Assembly (NCBI GenBank): GCA_963813335.1
Contig: CAWEYL010000001.1
Coordinates: forward strand, 1,120,001 to 1,184,000
DNA length: 64,000 nucleotides
Source: an uncultured Chloroflexia bacterium
GTDB taxonomy: Bacteria > Chloroflexota > Limnocylindria > Limnocylindrales > CSP1-4
Reading direction: 5' to 3'
Below are positions 40,410-50,936 of this stretch, one piece after another. Within the stretch, counting starts at the first letter, position 1. Every line of letters starts with the position of its first letter. The translations under genes were made by a program, and so were the position numbers. Below the pieces are notes generated by a model, which was not told the DNA's origin, did not search any database, and saw nothing but the letters and a program-made list of their open reading frames with translations.

Positions 40410-40912
40410 GGGGCGATGGTACCCGGCGCGCCGTCCACGACGAGCAGCAGGTGGCCGTCGCGCCCGCCGGCGAGCACGAGCCGCTCCGTGCCGAACGGAC
40501 CGGCGGCCGACGCGGAGAGGATGCCACCGGGCAGCGCGGCGGTCGTGGCGCCGCCCGCCAGCCAGACCACCGCCGGTCCCTCGCCGAGGCGCGCGAGCGA
40601 GGCGGCCAGCGGCCCTTCGCCCGACGGCTCCAGCAAAACGAGCGAGCGGACTCCCGGGACCGCGGCCAGGGCCAGCCCCGTCACCCGGCAGGTCGCGCCG
40701 AGGAGGTCGTCGCGGGCCGCATCCACGAACGCGCCGACCGCCCCGGACGCGGCCGCGGCCGTGACCTCCGCCGCCGCCCGCTCGGCCTCGACGGTCGTCC
40801 AGCCGACGGCCAGTGGTGCGGCCGTGGCCGCACCGTCCGGCACCGCCGCACGCCAGCGGGCCAGGGCGCCGTCGACGGCGTCGGCGACCGCGGCCTCGAA
40901 CGCGTCGCTCAC
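40406..40912 (-). CDS. Hypothetical protein (possibly degenerate VOC fold)
   Basis: Coupled by GTGA/ATGA overlaps on both sides; LVLLEPSGEGPLAASLARLGEGP. Confidence 0.55.
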   Translation of the reverse strand: MSDAFEAAVADAVDGALARWRAAVPDGAATAAPLAVGWTTVEAERAAAEVTAAAASGAVGAFVDAARDDLLGATCRVTGLALAAVPGVRSLVLLEPSGEGPLAASLARLGEGPAVVWLAGGATTAALPGGILSASAAGPFGTERLVLAGGRDGHLLLVVDGAPGTIAP

Positions 40913-41763
40913 CCGATCAGCAGGAGGTCCGGCGCGGGACGGCCGACGAGCTCGAAGCCGACCCGCCGGTAGAGCCGGATCGCGGCCGCGTTGTCGGCGA
41001 AGACGCCGAGGTGGATCCAGTCGCTGCCGGCGGCGATCGCGTCGGCGGTCGCCGTCGCCGTGGCCAGCTCGCCGAGGCCCCGGCCGCGGGCCCACACGGC
41101 GGTCCCGATCGAGGACAGGTAGCTCAGGCCGTCGAAGGTGGCCCGGCGGGCGACGGCGGCGGGCTCGCCGCCGAGCCTGACGACGTAGTGCATGAACGCC
41201 GGGTTCCCGAGCGAGGCGACCGTCTCCCGCCGTACGCCAGGCCGCAGCGCGTCCTCGATGTCGAAGGCCTCGCTCAGGATCGCGGCGATCGCGTCGATGG
41301 TCGCCTCCGGCGGCGGCCCCGCGGTCGCGTTGAGCCGTTCCAGGCTGACCTCCGGCCCGTACGGGCGCGGGGCGCCGGCGAGCGCTCGCTCGCGATCGGT
41401 CAGGACCATCACGCACCCACGCCCCATATCGCGGAACCCGTGGGCCTCGAGGCGCGACACGAGGTCCGCGGGCTGGTCGTAGGCCGGCGACGGCCAGATG
41501 TGCGGCTGCCGGCTCAGGGTCGTGAACAGGACCATCGCCTCGGCCAGGCGGCGATCGAAGGCGTCCGGATCGGTCGGCCAGCGGAGGGCCTCGAGCCGGT
41601 TCCAGAACGGCTCCGCCTCGTTCGGGTCGAACAGCAGCAGGCCGTCGCCCATGTCGCGCAGCTCGCGGCTCGGCATGGCGTGGACCCGGGCCTCGTGGAT
41701 CAGCAGGCGGCGCATCGTCGCCTCGTCGATCCCGTGGAGGTGCCCCCGGTCGTCGTCGCGCAT
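40909..41763 (-). CDS. GNAT N-acetyltransferase
   Basis: SIGTAVWARGRGLG; NAAAIRLYRRVGF. Confidence 0.8.
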   Translation of the reverse strand: MRDDDRGHLHGIDEATMRRLLIHEARVHAMPSRELRDMGDGLLLFDPNEAEPFWNRLEALRWPTDPDAFDRRLAEAMVLFTTLSRQPHIWPSPAYDQPADLVSRLEAHGFRDMGRGCVMVLTDRERALAGAPRPYGPEVSLERLNATAGPPPEATIDAIAAILSEAFDIEDALRPGVRRETVASLGNPAFMHYVVRLGGEPAAVARRATFDGLSYLSSIGTAVWARGRGLGELATATATADAIAAGSDWIHLGVFADNAAAIRLYRRVGFELVGRPAPDLLLIG

Positions 41764-41784
41764 CACGTGTGGACGATACTGGCG

Positions 41785-41811
41785 GGAAACCGGAGCCGCT
41801 GCGGAGACGTA
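41785..41811 (+). promoter_or_regulatory. ECF-sigma-type promoter GGAAAC-N17-CGTA upstream of the cupredoxin gene
   Basis: Matches the general ECF AAC...CGT consensus. Confidence 0.45.
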
Positions 41812-41872
41812 GCACGCACCGGGGCCGACGACCGGCCCGACTCGTCGCGAACTGATCTGGAGGAACCTCACC

Positions 41873-42289
41873 TTGTCTCGTCGGATGCTCTCGGTCCTTG
41901 GCCTCTCCGCCGTCCTGAGTCTCGCCCTGGCAGCCTGCGGCAGCTCGGCCGCCTCCGTGGCGCCGAGCGCGGCCGCGTCCACGCCGGCCAGTGCGCCCGC
42001 CGCCTCGGCCGCGGCGGCCTGCGCCGAGAGCTCCGCGGCAGGCACCGTCAAGGTCTCGATCGAGAACTTCGCCTTCAACCCCTCGGCGATCACGGCCAAG
42101 GTCGGCGACGTCATCACGTTCACCAACGGCGACAGCGCCGGCCACACCGCCACGCTCGACGACGGCTCGTGCTTCACGCCGACCATCGGCAGCGGCAAGA
42201 GCGACGGCCTGACCTTCACCAAGGCCGGGACGTACACGTTCCACTGCGCGATCCACTCGACGATGAAGGGGACCATCACCGTCAGCTGA
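41873..42289 (+). CDS. Plastocyanin/azurin-like cupredoxin lipoprotein
   Basis: LAAC lipobox; F.FNPS, GHTAT, YTFHCAIHSTMKGTI (type-1 Cu ligands H/C/H/M); GGAGG RBS. Confidence 0.9.
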   Translation: MSRRMLSVLGLSAVLSLALAACGSSAASVAPSAAASTPASAPAASAAAACAESSAAGTVKVSIENFAFNPSAITAKVGDVITFTNGDSAGHTATLDDGSCFTPTIGSGKSDGLTFTKAGTYTFHCAIHSTMKGTITVS

Positions 42290-42325
42290 GGCCAGCCCGG
42301 CCCGACCCGGGAGACGCGCCGGCGG

Positions 42326-43339
42326 CTAGCTCGGGCGCTCGATCACGAGCAGCATCGCCTCGGACGGCAGGTCGATCAGGTTCGGCTCGGGCAGGCCGGC
42401 GGCCGCGGCCCACTCGCGGAACCGTTCGCGGGTCGCCAGCGCCGTGCCCTGGTACAGCTCGTCGAGCTGGACGCCGCTGATCAGCTCCCCGTAGGGCGTC
42501 CGGAAGTCCTCGGCCGTCGACGGCAGCGGCCAGTCCATGACGAGGATCCGTCCTCCGGGTCGGAGGGCCGCCCAGGCAGCGCGCAGCGCGCCGACCGGGT
42601 CAGGGAGCTGGTGCAGGGCGTACTGGAAGTAGGCGAGGTCGTATTCGGGGCCGGGTCCCGGCTTGTCCACATCGGCCTGGCGGATCTCGATCCGCTCGGC
42701 GAGGCCGGCCGCCGCGACGTTGGCCCGCGCGCGGGCGACCGAATCCGGCTCGAACTCGACGCCGACGAGCTCGAGTTCGGGGAAGCGCCGGGCCATCGCG
42801 ATCAGCCAGCGCCCGCCGCCACAGTGGATGTCCACCACGCGACCACCGCGCGCGAGGTCCGCGACGAGCTGCGGCAGCTCGGCCAGGGCCTCCTGGAAGA
42901 AGACCGCGATGTCCTGCACGGTCAGCCGCTCGATCGAGGCGCGGTAACGGTCCGGCCGCTCGGCGATCGGCTGCCCGCTGCGGAAGAACTCGAGCATCCC
43001 GCCCCAGTCGAGCGAGGCGATCACCGAATGGACGAACTGGCCGCCGATGAACTCCGGGCGGTCGTCGTCGAGCAGGACGACGGCGGTGTCCTCGTCCAGG
43101 GTCAGGAGGCCGTCCTCGATGGTCACGAGGCGGTGCGCGTCCGACGCCCGCGCCCAGGCGTCGATGGCCTCGGGGCGGCAGCCGCGGTCGGCGGCGAGCT
43201 GCGCCGGCGAGAGACCCGCCCGACCCGCCGCGCGCAAGCGCGCGAACAGCCCCAGCTCCACGCCGAGGTAGACCAGCCATGTCCGCTGGAACCCGGTCAG
43301 GCTGTCGACGAGTTCGTCGAAGCGGTCATCGAGCGGCAT
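42326..43339 (-). CDS. Class I SAM-dependent methyltransferase with N-terminal winged helix
   Basis: GVELGLF..; VVDIHCGGG; ALHQLPDP..ALRPGG. Confidence 0.85.
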   Translation of the reverse strand: MPLDDRFDELVDSLTGFQRTWLVYLGVELGLFARLRAAGRAGLSPAQLAADRGCRPEAIDAWARASDAHRLVTIEDGLLTLDEDTAVVLLDDDRPEFIGGQFVHSVIASLDWGGMLEFFRSGQPIAERPDRYRASIERLTVQDIAVFFQEALAELPQLVADLARGGRVVDIHCGGGRWLIAMARRFPELELVGVEFEPDSVARARANVAAAGLAERIEIRQADVDKPGPGPEYDLAYFQYALHQLPDPVGALRAAWAALRPGGRILVMDWPLPSTAEDFRTPYGELISGVQLDELYQGTALATRERFREWAAAAGLPEPNLIDLPSEAMLLVIERPS

Positions 43340-43440
43340 CGTCGGCCGATTGTGCCACGCGGGCTGCCCTCGGATCGGGGCGTCGCGGGGTACCGTTGGG
43401 GCATGCAACGGTTGCGCCCGGGCGCGTGTTCTGCGGATTG

Positions 43441-44043
43441 ATGGACACCGACAGCCGCCTGGCGGCGGATCTCGCCCGCGACCTCGACGCGAGCTTCGAG
43501 GCGCTCGTCATCGCCCACCAGGACCGGCTCTACTCGATCGCGCTGCGCGTGCTCGGAGAGCGGGGCGCGGCCGAGGAGGCCGCCCAGGACGCGTTCGTGC
43601 GCGCCTACCGGGCCCTGGCGACGTACGACGCGGACCGGGTCCGCGAGCTCCGGCTCCGGCCGTGGCTCGCCACGATCGTCCTCAACCTGTGCCGGACGCG
43701 GATCGCCCGGCGCGCGGCGAAGGGCGCGGCGCCGTTGTCGTTCGATCTCGAGGCGGCGCCGCTGCCCGAGCCGGTCGCGACCGACGCGACCACGATGCCC
43801 GCCGCGGTCGCCGAGCGTCGGGCCGAGCGCGAGCATTGGGCGGGGCTCCTCGCCTGCCTGCCACCGGCCTACCGGGCCGCCGTCGTGCTGCGCCATGTCG
43901 ACGGCCTCAGCTACCCCGAACTCGCCAGCGCCCTCGGTCGACCCGAGGGCACCGTGAAAGCCCAGGTCCATCGCGGCCTGGCGATGCTGCGCAGCGCCAT
44001 CGAGTCGAACGAGCGCCTCGAGCGCCAGGAGATGACCGCATGA
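43441..44043 (+). CDS. ECF RNA polymerase sigma factor
   Basis: AEEAAQDAFVRAY, PWLATIVLNLCR, LPPAYRAAVVLRH..LSYPELA..GTVKAQVHRG. Confidence 0.9.
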   Translation: MDTDSRLAADLARDLDASFEALVIAHQDRLYSIALRVLGERGAAEEAAQDAFVRAYRALATYDADRVRELRLRPWLATIVLNLCRTRIARRAAKGAAPLSFDLEAAPLPEPVATDATTMPAAVAERRAEREHWAGLLACLPPAYRAAVVLRHVDGLSYPELASALGRPEGTVKAQVHRGLAMLRSAIESNERLERQEMTA

Positions 44044-44837
44044 CCACCACCGACCGCACCGACGACGCGAGCCTCGAGGCCGCGCTGGCCGGCATGACCA
44101 CCACCGCGCCGCCCACCCTGGCCCCGAACGTCCTCGTCGAGGTCGGCCTCGCCGACCGCATGGCCCGCCTCGACACCGTGATCGGGCCGCTCTACGTGGC
44201 CTGGAACGGCCGCGGGGTCAGCGGCGTGGAATCCGCCGAGTTCGCCGCGAGCCACGCGGCCCGGACCGGTCGCCCGGTCTTCCCCGCGGACGCGCTCCCG
44301 GACCGGCTGGCCCGGGCGATCGACAAGCGGCTGGGCGGCGACCGCCGGGTGCGCATCGACCTCGACCTGCGCGGCCACAGCGAGTTCGAGCAGGACGTCT
44401 GGCGCAAGGCCCTCGACATCCCCCGTGGCGAGGTCCGGCCGTACGGCTGGATCGCCGCCGAGATCGGCCGCCCGAAGGCGGTCCGCGCGGTCGGGACGGC
44501 GCTCGGCCACAACCCGGTCCCGCTGATCGTGCCGTGCCATCGGGTCGTGCGGACCGACGGCACCATCGGGCAGTACTCGCTGGGCGGTCCGGAGAACAAG
44601 CGGACGATCCTGGCCGCCGAAGGCCTGGACCCCGACGAGATGGAGGCCGCCGCGCGGCGCGGCGAGCGGCTGATCGGCTGCGCCTCCACGAACATCGTCT
44701 GCTGGCCCACCTGCTGGACCGGGCGGCACATGCTGCCGCGCAACCGGCGGCCGTTCCGCTCGCTGGCCGAGGCCTCGGCGGCCGGCTATCGCCCGTGCAA
44801 GGTCTGCCGGCCGGTGGCGGGAGCGGTCGCCGCCTGA
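44040..44837 (+). CDS. ogt: Methylated-DNA-protein-cysteine methyltransferase with C-terminal Ada-type Zn domain
   Basis: IPRGEVRPYG, RAVGTALGHNP, VPCHRVV; C-terminal CWPTC..GYRPCKVCRP; ATGA overlap with the sigma gene. Confidence 0.88.
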   Translation: MTTTDRTDDASLEAALAGMTTTAPPTLAPNVLVEVGLADRMARLDTVIGPLYVAWNGRGVSGVESAEFAASHAARTGRPVFPADALPDRLARAIDKRLGGDRRVRIDLDLRGHSEFEQDVWRKALDIPRGEVRPYGWIAAEIGRPKAVRAVGTALGHNPVPLIVPCHRVVRTDGTIGQYSLGGPENKRTILAAEGLDPDEMEAAARRGERLIGCASTNIVCWPTCWTGRHMLPRNRRPFRSLAEASAAGYRPCKVCRPVAGAVAA

Positions 44838-44890
44838 GCCCGGCACCGGCCGACGCGCCGTTGTACCATCCGGCCTTGGACCACTCGGCT

Positions 44891-45943
44891 GTGCCAACCG
44901 TCGACAGCGCGCTGCGGACGCCGGCTCCCCAGGCGCCCGCGGTCGACGGCGCGCCCGCCAAGGCGGCCCGCAACCCGGGGGTCCTGCTGGGGATGCTGGT
45001 CCTCTACGTCGTGTGGGGCTCGACCTACCTCGGGATCGCGGTCGCCGTCCAGAGCATCCCGCCGTTCCTGATGGCCGCGACGCGGTTCGTCCTCGCCGGC
45101 CTGATCCTGCTCGCGCTGTCGAGGATCCGCGGCGGCCGCGAGTTCGAGTGGCCCACGCGCCGCGAGTGGCGCGACTCCCTGATCGTCGGCGGCCTGCTGC
45201 TCGGGGGCGGGATGGGCATGGTCGCCTTCGCCGAGCAGACGATCCCGTCCGGGATCACCGCCATCCTCATCGCGATGCTGCCGGTCTGGGTCGCGATCTT
45301 CAGCCGGCTCTTCTTCGGCGAACGGCTGCCGCGCGGCGCGGTGGTCGGGATCGCCATCGGGTTCGTCGGCGTGGCCGTCCTGGTCGGCCCGACCGCCCTC
45401 GGCATCCAGGGCGGCCTCGAGCCGCTCGGGCTCGCGGCGGCCATCCTCTCGCCGATCTCCTGGTCGCTCGGCTCGCTCTTCGCCTCGCACCGGGCCGTCC
45501 TGCCGCGCCGCCCCCTGGTGCTGGCCGGCGCCGAGATGCTGGCCGGCGGCCTGATCCTCGTGGCCATGTCGGCCGGGGCCGGGGAGCTGGCCGACTTCCA
45601 CGTCGCCGACGTCACGGCGTCGTCGTTCGTCGCGCTCACCTACCTGACCGTCGTCGGCAGCCTCATCGCGTTCACGACCTACGGCTGGCTGCTACGCAAG
45701 GCGCCGCTGTCGCTGATCGCGACGTACGCGTACGTCAACCCGGTGGTCGCGGTGATCCTGGGGTTCGTCGTCCTGCAGGAGCCCATCGAGCCGCGGACGA
45801 TCGTCGCCGGGGCGATCATCGTGTTCGCGGTCGCGCTCATCGTCACGGCGCGAAGCCGGATGCTGCGCCCCGCTGAGCGCGTGGCAGCGGACCGGTCCGT
45901 GGCGGCCAAGGTCGGCGGCGACGCGACCCCGGAGGCGGCCTGA
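44891..45943 (+). CDS. EamA/DMT family transporter
   Basis: YVVWGSTYL, PPFLMAATRF, YAYVNPVVAV; about 10 TM segments. Confidence 0.9.
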   Translation: MPTVDSALRTPAPQAPAVDGAPAKAARNPGVLLGMLVLYVVWGSTYLGIAVAVQSIPPFLMAATRFVLAGLILLALSRIRGGREFEWPTRREWRDSLIVGGLLLGGGMGMVAFAEQTIPSGITAILIAMLPVWVAIFSRLFFGERLPRGAVVGIAIGFVGVAVLVGPTALGIQGGLEPLGLAAAILSPISWSLGSLFASHRAVLPRRPLVLAGAEMLAGGLILVAMSAGAGELADFHVADVTASSFVALTYLTVVGSLIAFTTYGWLLRKAPLSLIATYAYVNPVVAVILGFVVLQEPIEPRTIVAGAIIVFAVALIVTARSRMLRPAERVAADRSVAAKVGGDATPEAA

Positions 45944-45946
45944 CCC

Positions 45947-47928
45947 TCACATCTCGCTGAGGACGACCCGCGAGACACGGCGCGCCAGCGCCATGATGGT
46001 GATCATCGGGTTGACCCCGATCCCGGTCGGGAAGACCGACCCGTCGCCGACGTACAGGCCGCGGATCACGTGGTCGCCGCGCCGCCGTCGCGGACCCGTC
46101 CCCACGGATCGCAGGGATGCGTGCGCGGGTCCGCGCCCATCCGCGCCGTCCCCATCTGATGGGCGGAGAAGACCGTCCCGCGGTTCGGCGCGAAGTCGAA
46201 CGACCCGAGGTCGGCCACGAACCGGGTGAACCGGGCGACCTCTTCGTCGACCCCGCCCGCGCGGACGTCGTGCCAGCGCGGCGGCGTGCCGACGGCGACG
46301 ATCCGCTGGGCGCCGGCCGCCCGGGCGAGGCGCGCCATCTGGACCAAGCCATGGCGCAGCGTCGCCACGCCCGCGGCATCGAGGCGGTAGTCCAGCCGCA
46401 CCCGGCCGCTCCCGGTCAGCGTGGCCCGCCCCTCCCCGCCGTCGCGGGTCACCGCGATCAGCGGGGCCACCATGCGGCTGCTCCGCATCACCTCCGCGTG
46501 GGCGTCGCGGCCCGCCCAGGGCAGGGCGAGCGCGAGGAGGCCGGGGTGGCCCGGCGCCGATTCGATGGCATAGCCGTTGCGGCCCGGCTCGCGATCGCCG
46601 AACTGGAGCGAGCGGGCGCCCTGCATCGTGCCGCGCCACATGTCGACCGGCTCGTCATACCAGCCGGCCAGCACTGACACCGGATGGAGCCGCAGGTAGC
46701 GGCCGATCGCGGGGTGGTCGACCGCGGTCCGCTGCAGGATCGCCGGCGTCCGCAGCGCGCCTGCGGCCAGCACGACGGTCCCGGCCCGGACCGTCAGCCG
46801 GCGGCCGTCGGCGAGCACGGCATCGACGCCCGCCGCCCGTCCGTGCTCGAGGAGCACCTTGACGACCCGGGCGTCCGGCACGATCCGGGCACCGGCCCCG
46901 AACGCGCGCGCCAGGTGGGCCCGGATCCCCGACTGCTTGGCTCCGCGGCGACACCCGAACGGGCAGCTCCCGCAGTCGCCGCAGCCCGTGGCGTCGCGGC
47001 GGGTCGGGGCGGCCTCCCAGCCGAGGCCACGCGCGCCGCGCAGGAGGATGGCGTCCTTGGCCGGGATGCGCGTCGACTCCGAGACGCCGAGGTCCGACTC
47101 GACGGCCGCCACGTCCTTGCTCCAGGCCGTCCCGTCGGCGAGGGCCTCGAGGCCGTGCTCGCGGCCCCATTCCTCGCGGACCGCGGCCGGCGCCTGGATG
47201 CTCGTCATCCAGTTGACCAGCGTGCCGCCGCCGACCGCGCTGCCGGACAGGATCGTCACGGCGCCGTCCCAGGTGGAGACCAGGCCCTGGTCCAGGTAGA
47301 GCCGGGCGAACGCGTCGAGCTCGGTCGTGGGCATCGTCGACTCATCGACGAACGGCCCGGCCTCGAGGACCACCACCGACCGACCGGATTCCGCCAGCTC
47401 GGCGGCGACGACCCCGCCGCCGGCGCCCGATCCGACGACGACCGTGTCCGCGTCGAGGGTCACAGCGTCGGACGGCCGGTCCGGATCCGCGGCGCACCGG
47501 AGCGGGGCGATCGCCGCCAGCTCGCTCGTCACCGGCGGCTGGTCGGGCTCGTAGCCGATCTCGGCGAGCAGCGGGTTCGGCCCGTCGGCGCCGGGCTCGG
47601 CGTAGGCCAGGAAGCTCAGCAGCTTGCGCAGCGCCTGGAACGCGGACCGCCGGAGCGCGAGGCGCGAGTCGCCCCACGACAGCAGGTATCGCTCGCGGGC
47701 CTCGGGCGACATGGCCGAGAACGTCGTGGGCCGGCCGGCCAACGCGAGGTTGACGGGGGCGGAGTCCATCAGCCGCAGCGCCTGGCGGAGCTGCTTGACC
47801 TGGGCGGGATCCGCGGCGGCCGTGAGCGCCTCCGCGGCAAGCCGCGCCCGAGCCATCCCGTCGCCGCGCACGAACGTCTCGGCGATGTCCGCGAGGATCC
47901 GGAGCTCGCGATCGGTCCAGTCGCGCAT
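45947..47928 (-). CDS. GMC oxidoreductase (long-chain alcohol oxidase-like; frameshift near 46080)
   Basis: VVGSGAGGG, VGGGTLVN, CGDCGSCPFGC, SAHQMGTARMG; C-terminal GLYVGDGSVFPT..VNPMITI in a second frame. Confidence 0.88.
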
Positions 47929-47984
47929 CGGCGCGAGTATGACCCCGGCGCTGGGGCGCAGCGGCTCGTTCTCGAGGCGGATCC

Positions 47985-49190
47985 CTAGGCCGGGCGCTCG
48001 AACCCCTGGGCGGGCCACGGCTCGCAGCGGATCGGCCGGTCTTCGCGATAGCCGAGGGCGTAGTCGGCCTGGATCAGCGTGTGCAGCTGGCTCGTGCCCT
48101 CGTAGATGACGGCCGCCTTCGAGTTGCGCAGGTAGCGCTCCACCGGGAACTCGTTCGAGTAGCCGTTGGCGCCGTGGATCTGGATGGCATCGAGCGCCGC
48201 CTGCACCGCGTGCTCGGTCGCGTGCCACTTGGCCAGGCTCGTCTCCCGCGTGTTCCGCAGGCCGCGGTTCTTGAGCGCGCCCGCCTGCCAGACCAGCAGC
48301 CGGCCGATCTCGGTGCCCTTGGCCATGTTGGCGATCATCTGCTTGACGAGCTGGTGCTCGCCGATCTCCTGGCCGAAGGTCTGCCGCTCGTGGGCGTAGC
48401 GGACGCTCGCATCGAGGCAGGCCTGGGCGAGCCCGACCGCGCCGGCGGCGACCGTGTAGCGCCCCTGGTCGATGGCGCTCATCGCGACGAGGAACCCCTC
48501 CCCCTCCTCGCCGATGCGGTGGTCCAGCGGCACGGGCACGTCGTCGAGGTTGATGAGCCCGGTGTTCCCGGCCCTGATCCCGAGCTTGCCGTGGAGCGTG
48601 CCGGTGGTCAGGCCGGGCATCCCGCGCTCGAGCATGAACGCGGTGACGCCCTTGTGCTTCTTCGTGCGGTCCACGCTGGCGAAGACCAGGAAGTGGTCGG
48701 CGAGGTCGGCGAGGCTGATCCAGATCTTCTGGCCGTTGAGCCGGTAGACGTCGCCGTCGCGGCGGGCCGTCGTCGCGAGGTTGCCCGCGTCAGTGCCCAC
48801 GCCGGGCTCGGTCAGCCCGAACGTGGCCAGCTTCTCGCCGCGCGCCTGCGGCACCAGCCAGCGCTGGCGCTGCGCCTCGGTCCCCCATTGGAGGAGGGCC
48901 AGCGAGTTCAGCCCGACGTGGACGGACTGGACCACCCGGAATGCCGTGTCGGCCCGCTCCAGCTCCTCGCACAGCAGCGCGAAGCTGATGTAGTCCATCC
49001 CGGCGCCACCGTACGCCTCGGGGATCGGCGCGCCCAGGAACCCCTGCGCGGCCATCTTCGCGAAGACCTCGCGGTGGACCTCGCCCTTCTCGTCCCACTC
49101 GCGGATGTAGGGCAGGATCTCGGCCTCGGCGAAGGCGCGGACGCTGTCGCGGACGAGCTTGTGCTCGTCGGTCAGGGTGAAGTCGACCAT
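47985..49190 (-). CDS. Acyl-CoA dehydrogenase
   Basis: FGLTEPGVGTD, LNGQKIWIS, KLGIRA, QIHGANGY, IYEGTSQ. Confidence 0.93.
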   Translation of the reverse strand: MVDFTLTDEHKLVRDSVRAFAEAEILPYIREWDEKGEVHREVFAKMAAQGFLGAPIPEAYGGAGMDYISFALLCEELERADTAFRVVQSVHVGLNSLALLQWGTEAQRQRWLVPQARGEKLATFGLTEPGVGTDAGNLATTARRDGDVYRLNGQKIWISLADLADHFLVFASVDRTKKHKGVTAFMLERGMPGLTTGTLHGKLGIRAGNTGLINLDDVPVPLDHRIGEEGEGFLVAMSAIDQGRYTVAAGAVGLAQACLDASVRYAHERQTFGQEIGEHQLVKQMIANMAKGTEIGRLLVWQAGALKNRGLRNTRETSLAKWHATEHAVQAALDAIQIHGANGYSNEFPVERYLRNSKAAVIYEGTSQLHTLIQADYALGYREDRPIRCEPWPAQGFERPA

Positions 49191-49253
49191 GGCGGCATCG
49201 TACGCGGCGGACGGCGGTCGGTGCCGGCCGGTCCCAGCCGATACACTCGGGCC

Positions 49254-50519
49254 ATGGACACCGCCCCCAACCTGACGCCCGTCCTCGGGCGCTACTTCAC
49301 GCGGGAATGGAGCCACGGCATCGGCCACCGGCTCTACGACACCGACGGCAAGGCGTACCTCGATTTCGCCAACGGGATCGCGGTCAGCGCCCTCGGCCAC
49401 GTGCACCCGCGGGTCACCGCCGCGATCCACGCCCAGGTCGACAAGCTGATCGGGCCGGTGAGCGCGCTCGGCTTCACGGAGCCGATCTCGCGTCTCGCCA
49501 CCGACCTCGCCGCGACGTTCCCGGCGCCGCTCGACTCGGTGATGTTCCTGAACTCGGGCTCCGAGGTCATCGACGGCGCGCTCAAGCTGGCGCGGCGGAC
49601 GACCGGCCGACCCGGGATCATCGCGTTCCGCGGCGGGTTCCACGGGCGGACCTTCGGGGCCGCCAGCGTCACGACCTCGAACCTCAACTACCGGACCGGC
49701 TACGAGCCGCTGCTCCCGGGCGTGTACTTCGCCCCGTATCCGGCCGTCTACGCCGACTTCGACGGCGACGAGGCTCGGGCGACCGAATCGTGCCTGGCGA
49801 TCCTCGACTCGCTGTTCAGCACGATCATCGCGCCGGAGATGGTCGGCGGGCTGCTGATCGAGCCGGTCCTCGGCGAGGGCGGGTTCATCCCGGCGCCGCC
49901 GGCGTTCCTGCGGGGCCTGCGCGAACGGTGCGACCGGCACGGGATCGTGATGATCGCCGACGAGGTCCAGACCGGCTATGGCCGGACCGGGACGATGTGG
50001 GCGTTCGAGCATGCCGGGATCGTCCCGGACGTGGTGGTCGTCGCGAAGGCGATCGCCAACGGGCTCCCACTCTCGGCGATCGTCTCGTCGCGCGAGCTCC
50101 AGGAGCGCTGGGGGCGCGGGGCCCACGGCTCGACGTACGGCGGCAATCCCGTGGCCTGCGCCGCCGGCATCGCGGTCCTCGAGACCATCCGCGAGGAGGG
50201 CCTCGTGGCCAATGCGGCGGCCCGCGGGGCCGAGCTGGCGGCGGGCCTCGGCCGGATCGCCGCGGAGGACGAGCGCATCGGCGACGTGCGCGGGCCGGGC
50301 CTGATGGTCGGCGTGGAGTTCGTGAAGGACCGGGCGACCCGCGAGCCCGACGGCGACCTGCCGGACCGGCTCATGGCAGCCTGCGCCGACGCCGGCCTGC
50401 TGGTGCTCACCTGCGGCCGCAGGCACGAGACGGTGCGCTGGCTGCCGCCGATCAACGTGACCGCGGCCGAGATCGCCGAGGCGGTCGAGATCTTCGGGGA
50501 GACCCTCCGGAAGATCTAG
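49254..50519 (+). CDS. Class III aminotransferase (GabT-like)
   Basis: YLDFANGI, NSGSE, FHGRT, EPVLGEGG, IADEVQTGYGRTG, AKAIANG, STYGGNP. Confidence 0.92.
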   Translation: MDTAPNLTPVLGRYFTREWSHGIGHRLYDTDGKAYLDFANGIAVSALGHVHPRVTAAIHAQVDKLIGPVSALGFTEPISRLATDLAATFPAPLDSVMFLNSGSEVIDGALKLARRTTGRPGIIAFRGGFHGRTFGAASVTTSNLNYRTGYEPLLPGVYFAPYPAVYADFDGDEARATESCLAILDSLFSTIIAPEMVGGLLIEPVLGEGGFIPAPPAFLRGLRERCDRHGIVMIADEVQTGYGRTGTMWAFEHAGIVPDVVVVAKAIANGLPLSAIVSSRELQERWGRGAHGSTYGGNPVACAAGIAVLETIREEGLVANAAARGAELAAGLGRIAAEDERIGDVRGPGLMVGVEFVKDRATREPDGDLPDRLMAACADAGLLVLTCGRRHETVRWLPPINVTAAEIAEAVEIFGETLRKI

Positions 50520-50562
50520 CGGCGAGGCGCGGCGCGATCGGGGCGGGTCGCGGAACCGGCCC

Positions 50563-50847
50563 CTATCGCTCCGGCGTGAGCGGCGAGATCGCGTGCAGCG
50601 ACGCCTCGCGGTCGGCAAGCTCGGCGCGCGGGCACGAGGCCCAGAGGGCCCAGCCACCGGCCTCGGTGCAGATGAAGAACTGGAGGTGGGCGACGTCATC
50701 CCCAGGGTCGGCACTCGCCATCTCCACCCGGATCGCGTCGCCGATCAGGAGCTCGACGCGCTCCAGTGAACGGACCGGCATCCCGGCCGCGCCGGGGTGC
50801 ATGCCGTCTCGCCAACCGCGCGGCATCGTCGGCGACCACTCGGTCAT
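50563..50847 (-). CDS. Hypothetical protein
   Basis: GGAGGAGG RBS; fills the gap between genes; no recognised motif. Confidence 0.5.
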   Translation of the reverse strand: MTEWSPTMPRGWRDGMHPGAAGMPVRSLERVELLIGDAIRVEMASADPGDDVAHLQFFICTEAGGWALWASCPRAELADREASLHAISPLTPER

Positions 50848-50936
50848 CGTCGTCCTCCTCCGTGTTCGGGCCTGGATGCGCTGGAACGCTCGAGGATACC
50901 GGCGCCCGATCCCATCTCGGACGCTGCGGCGTCACC

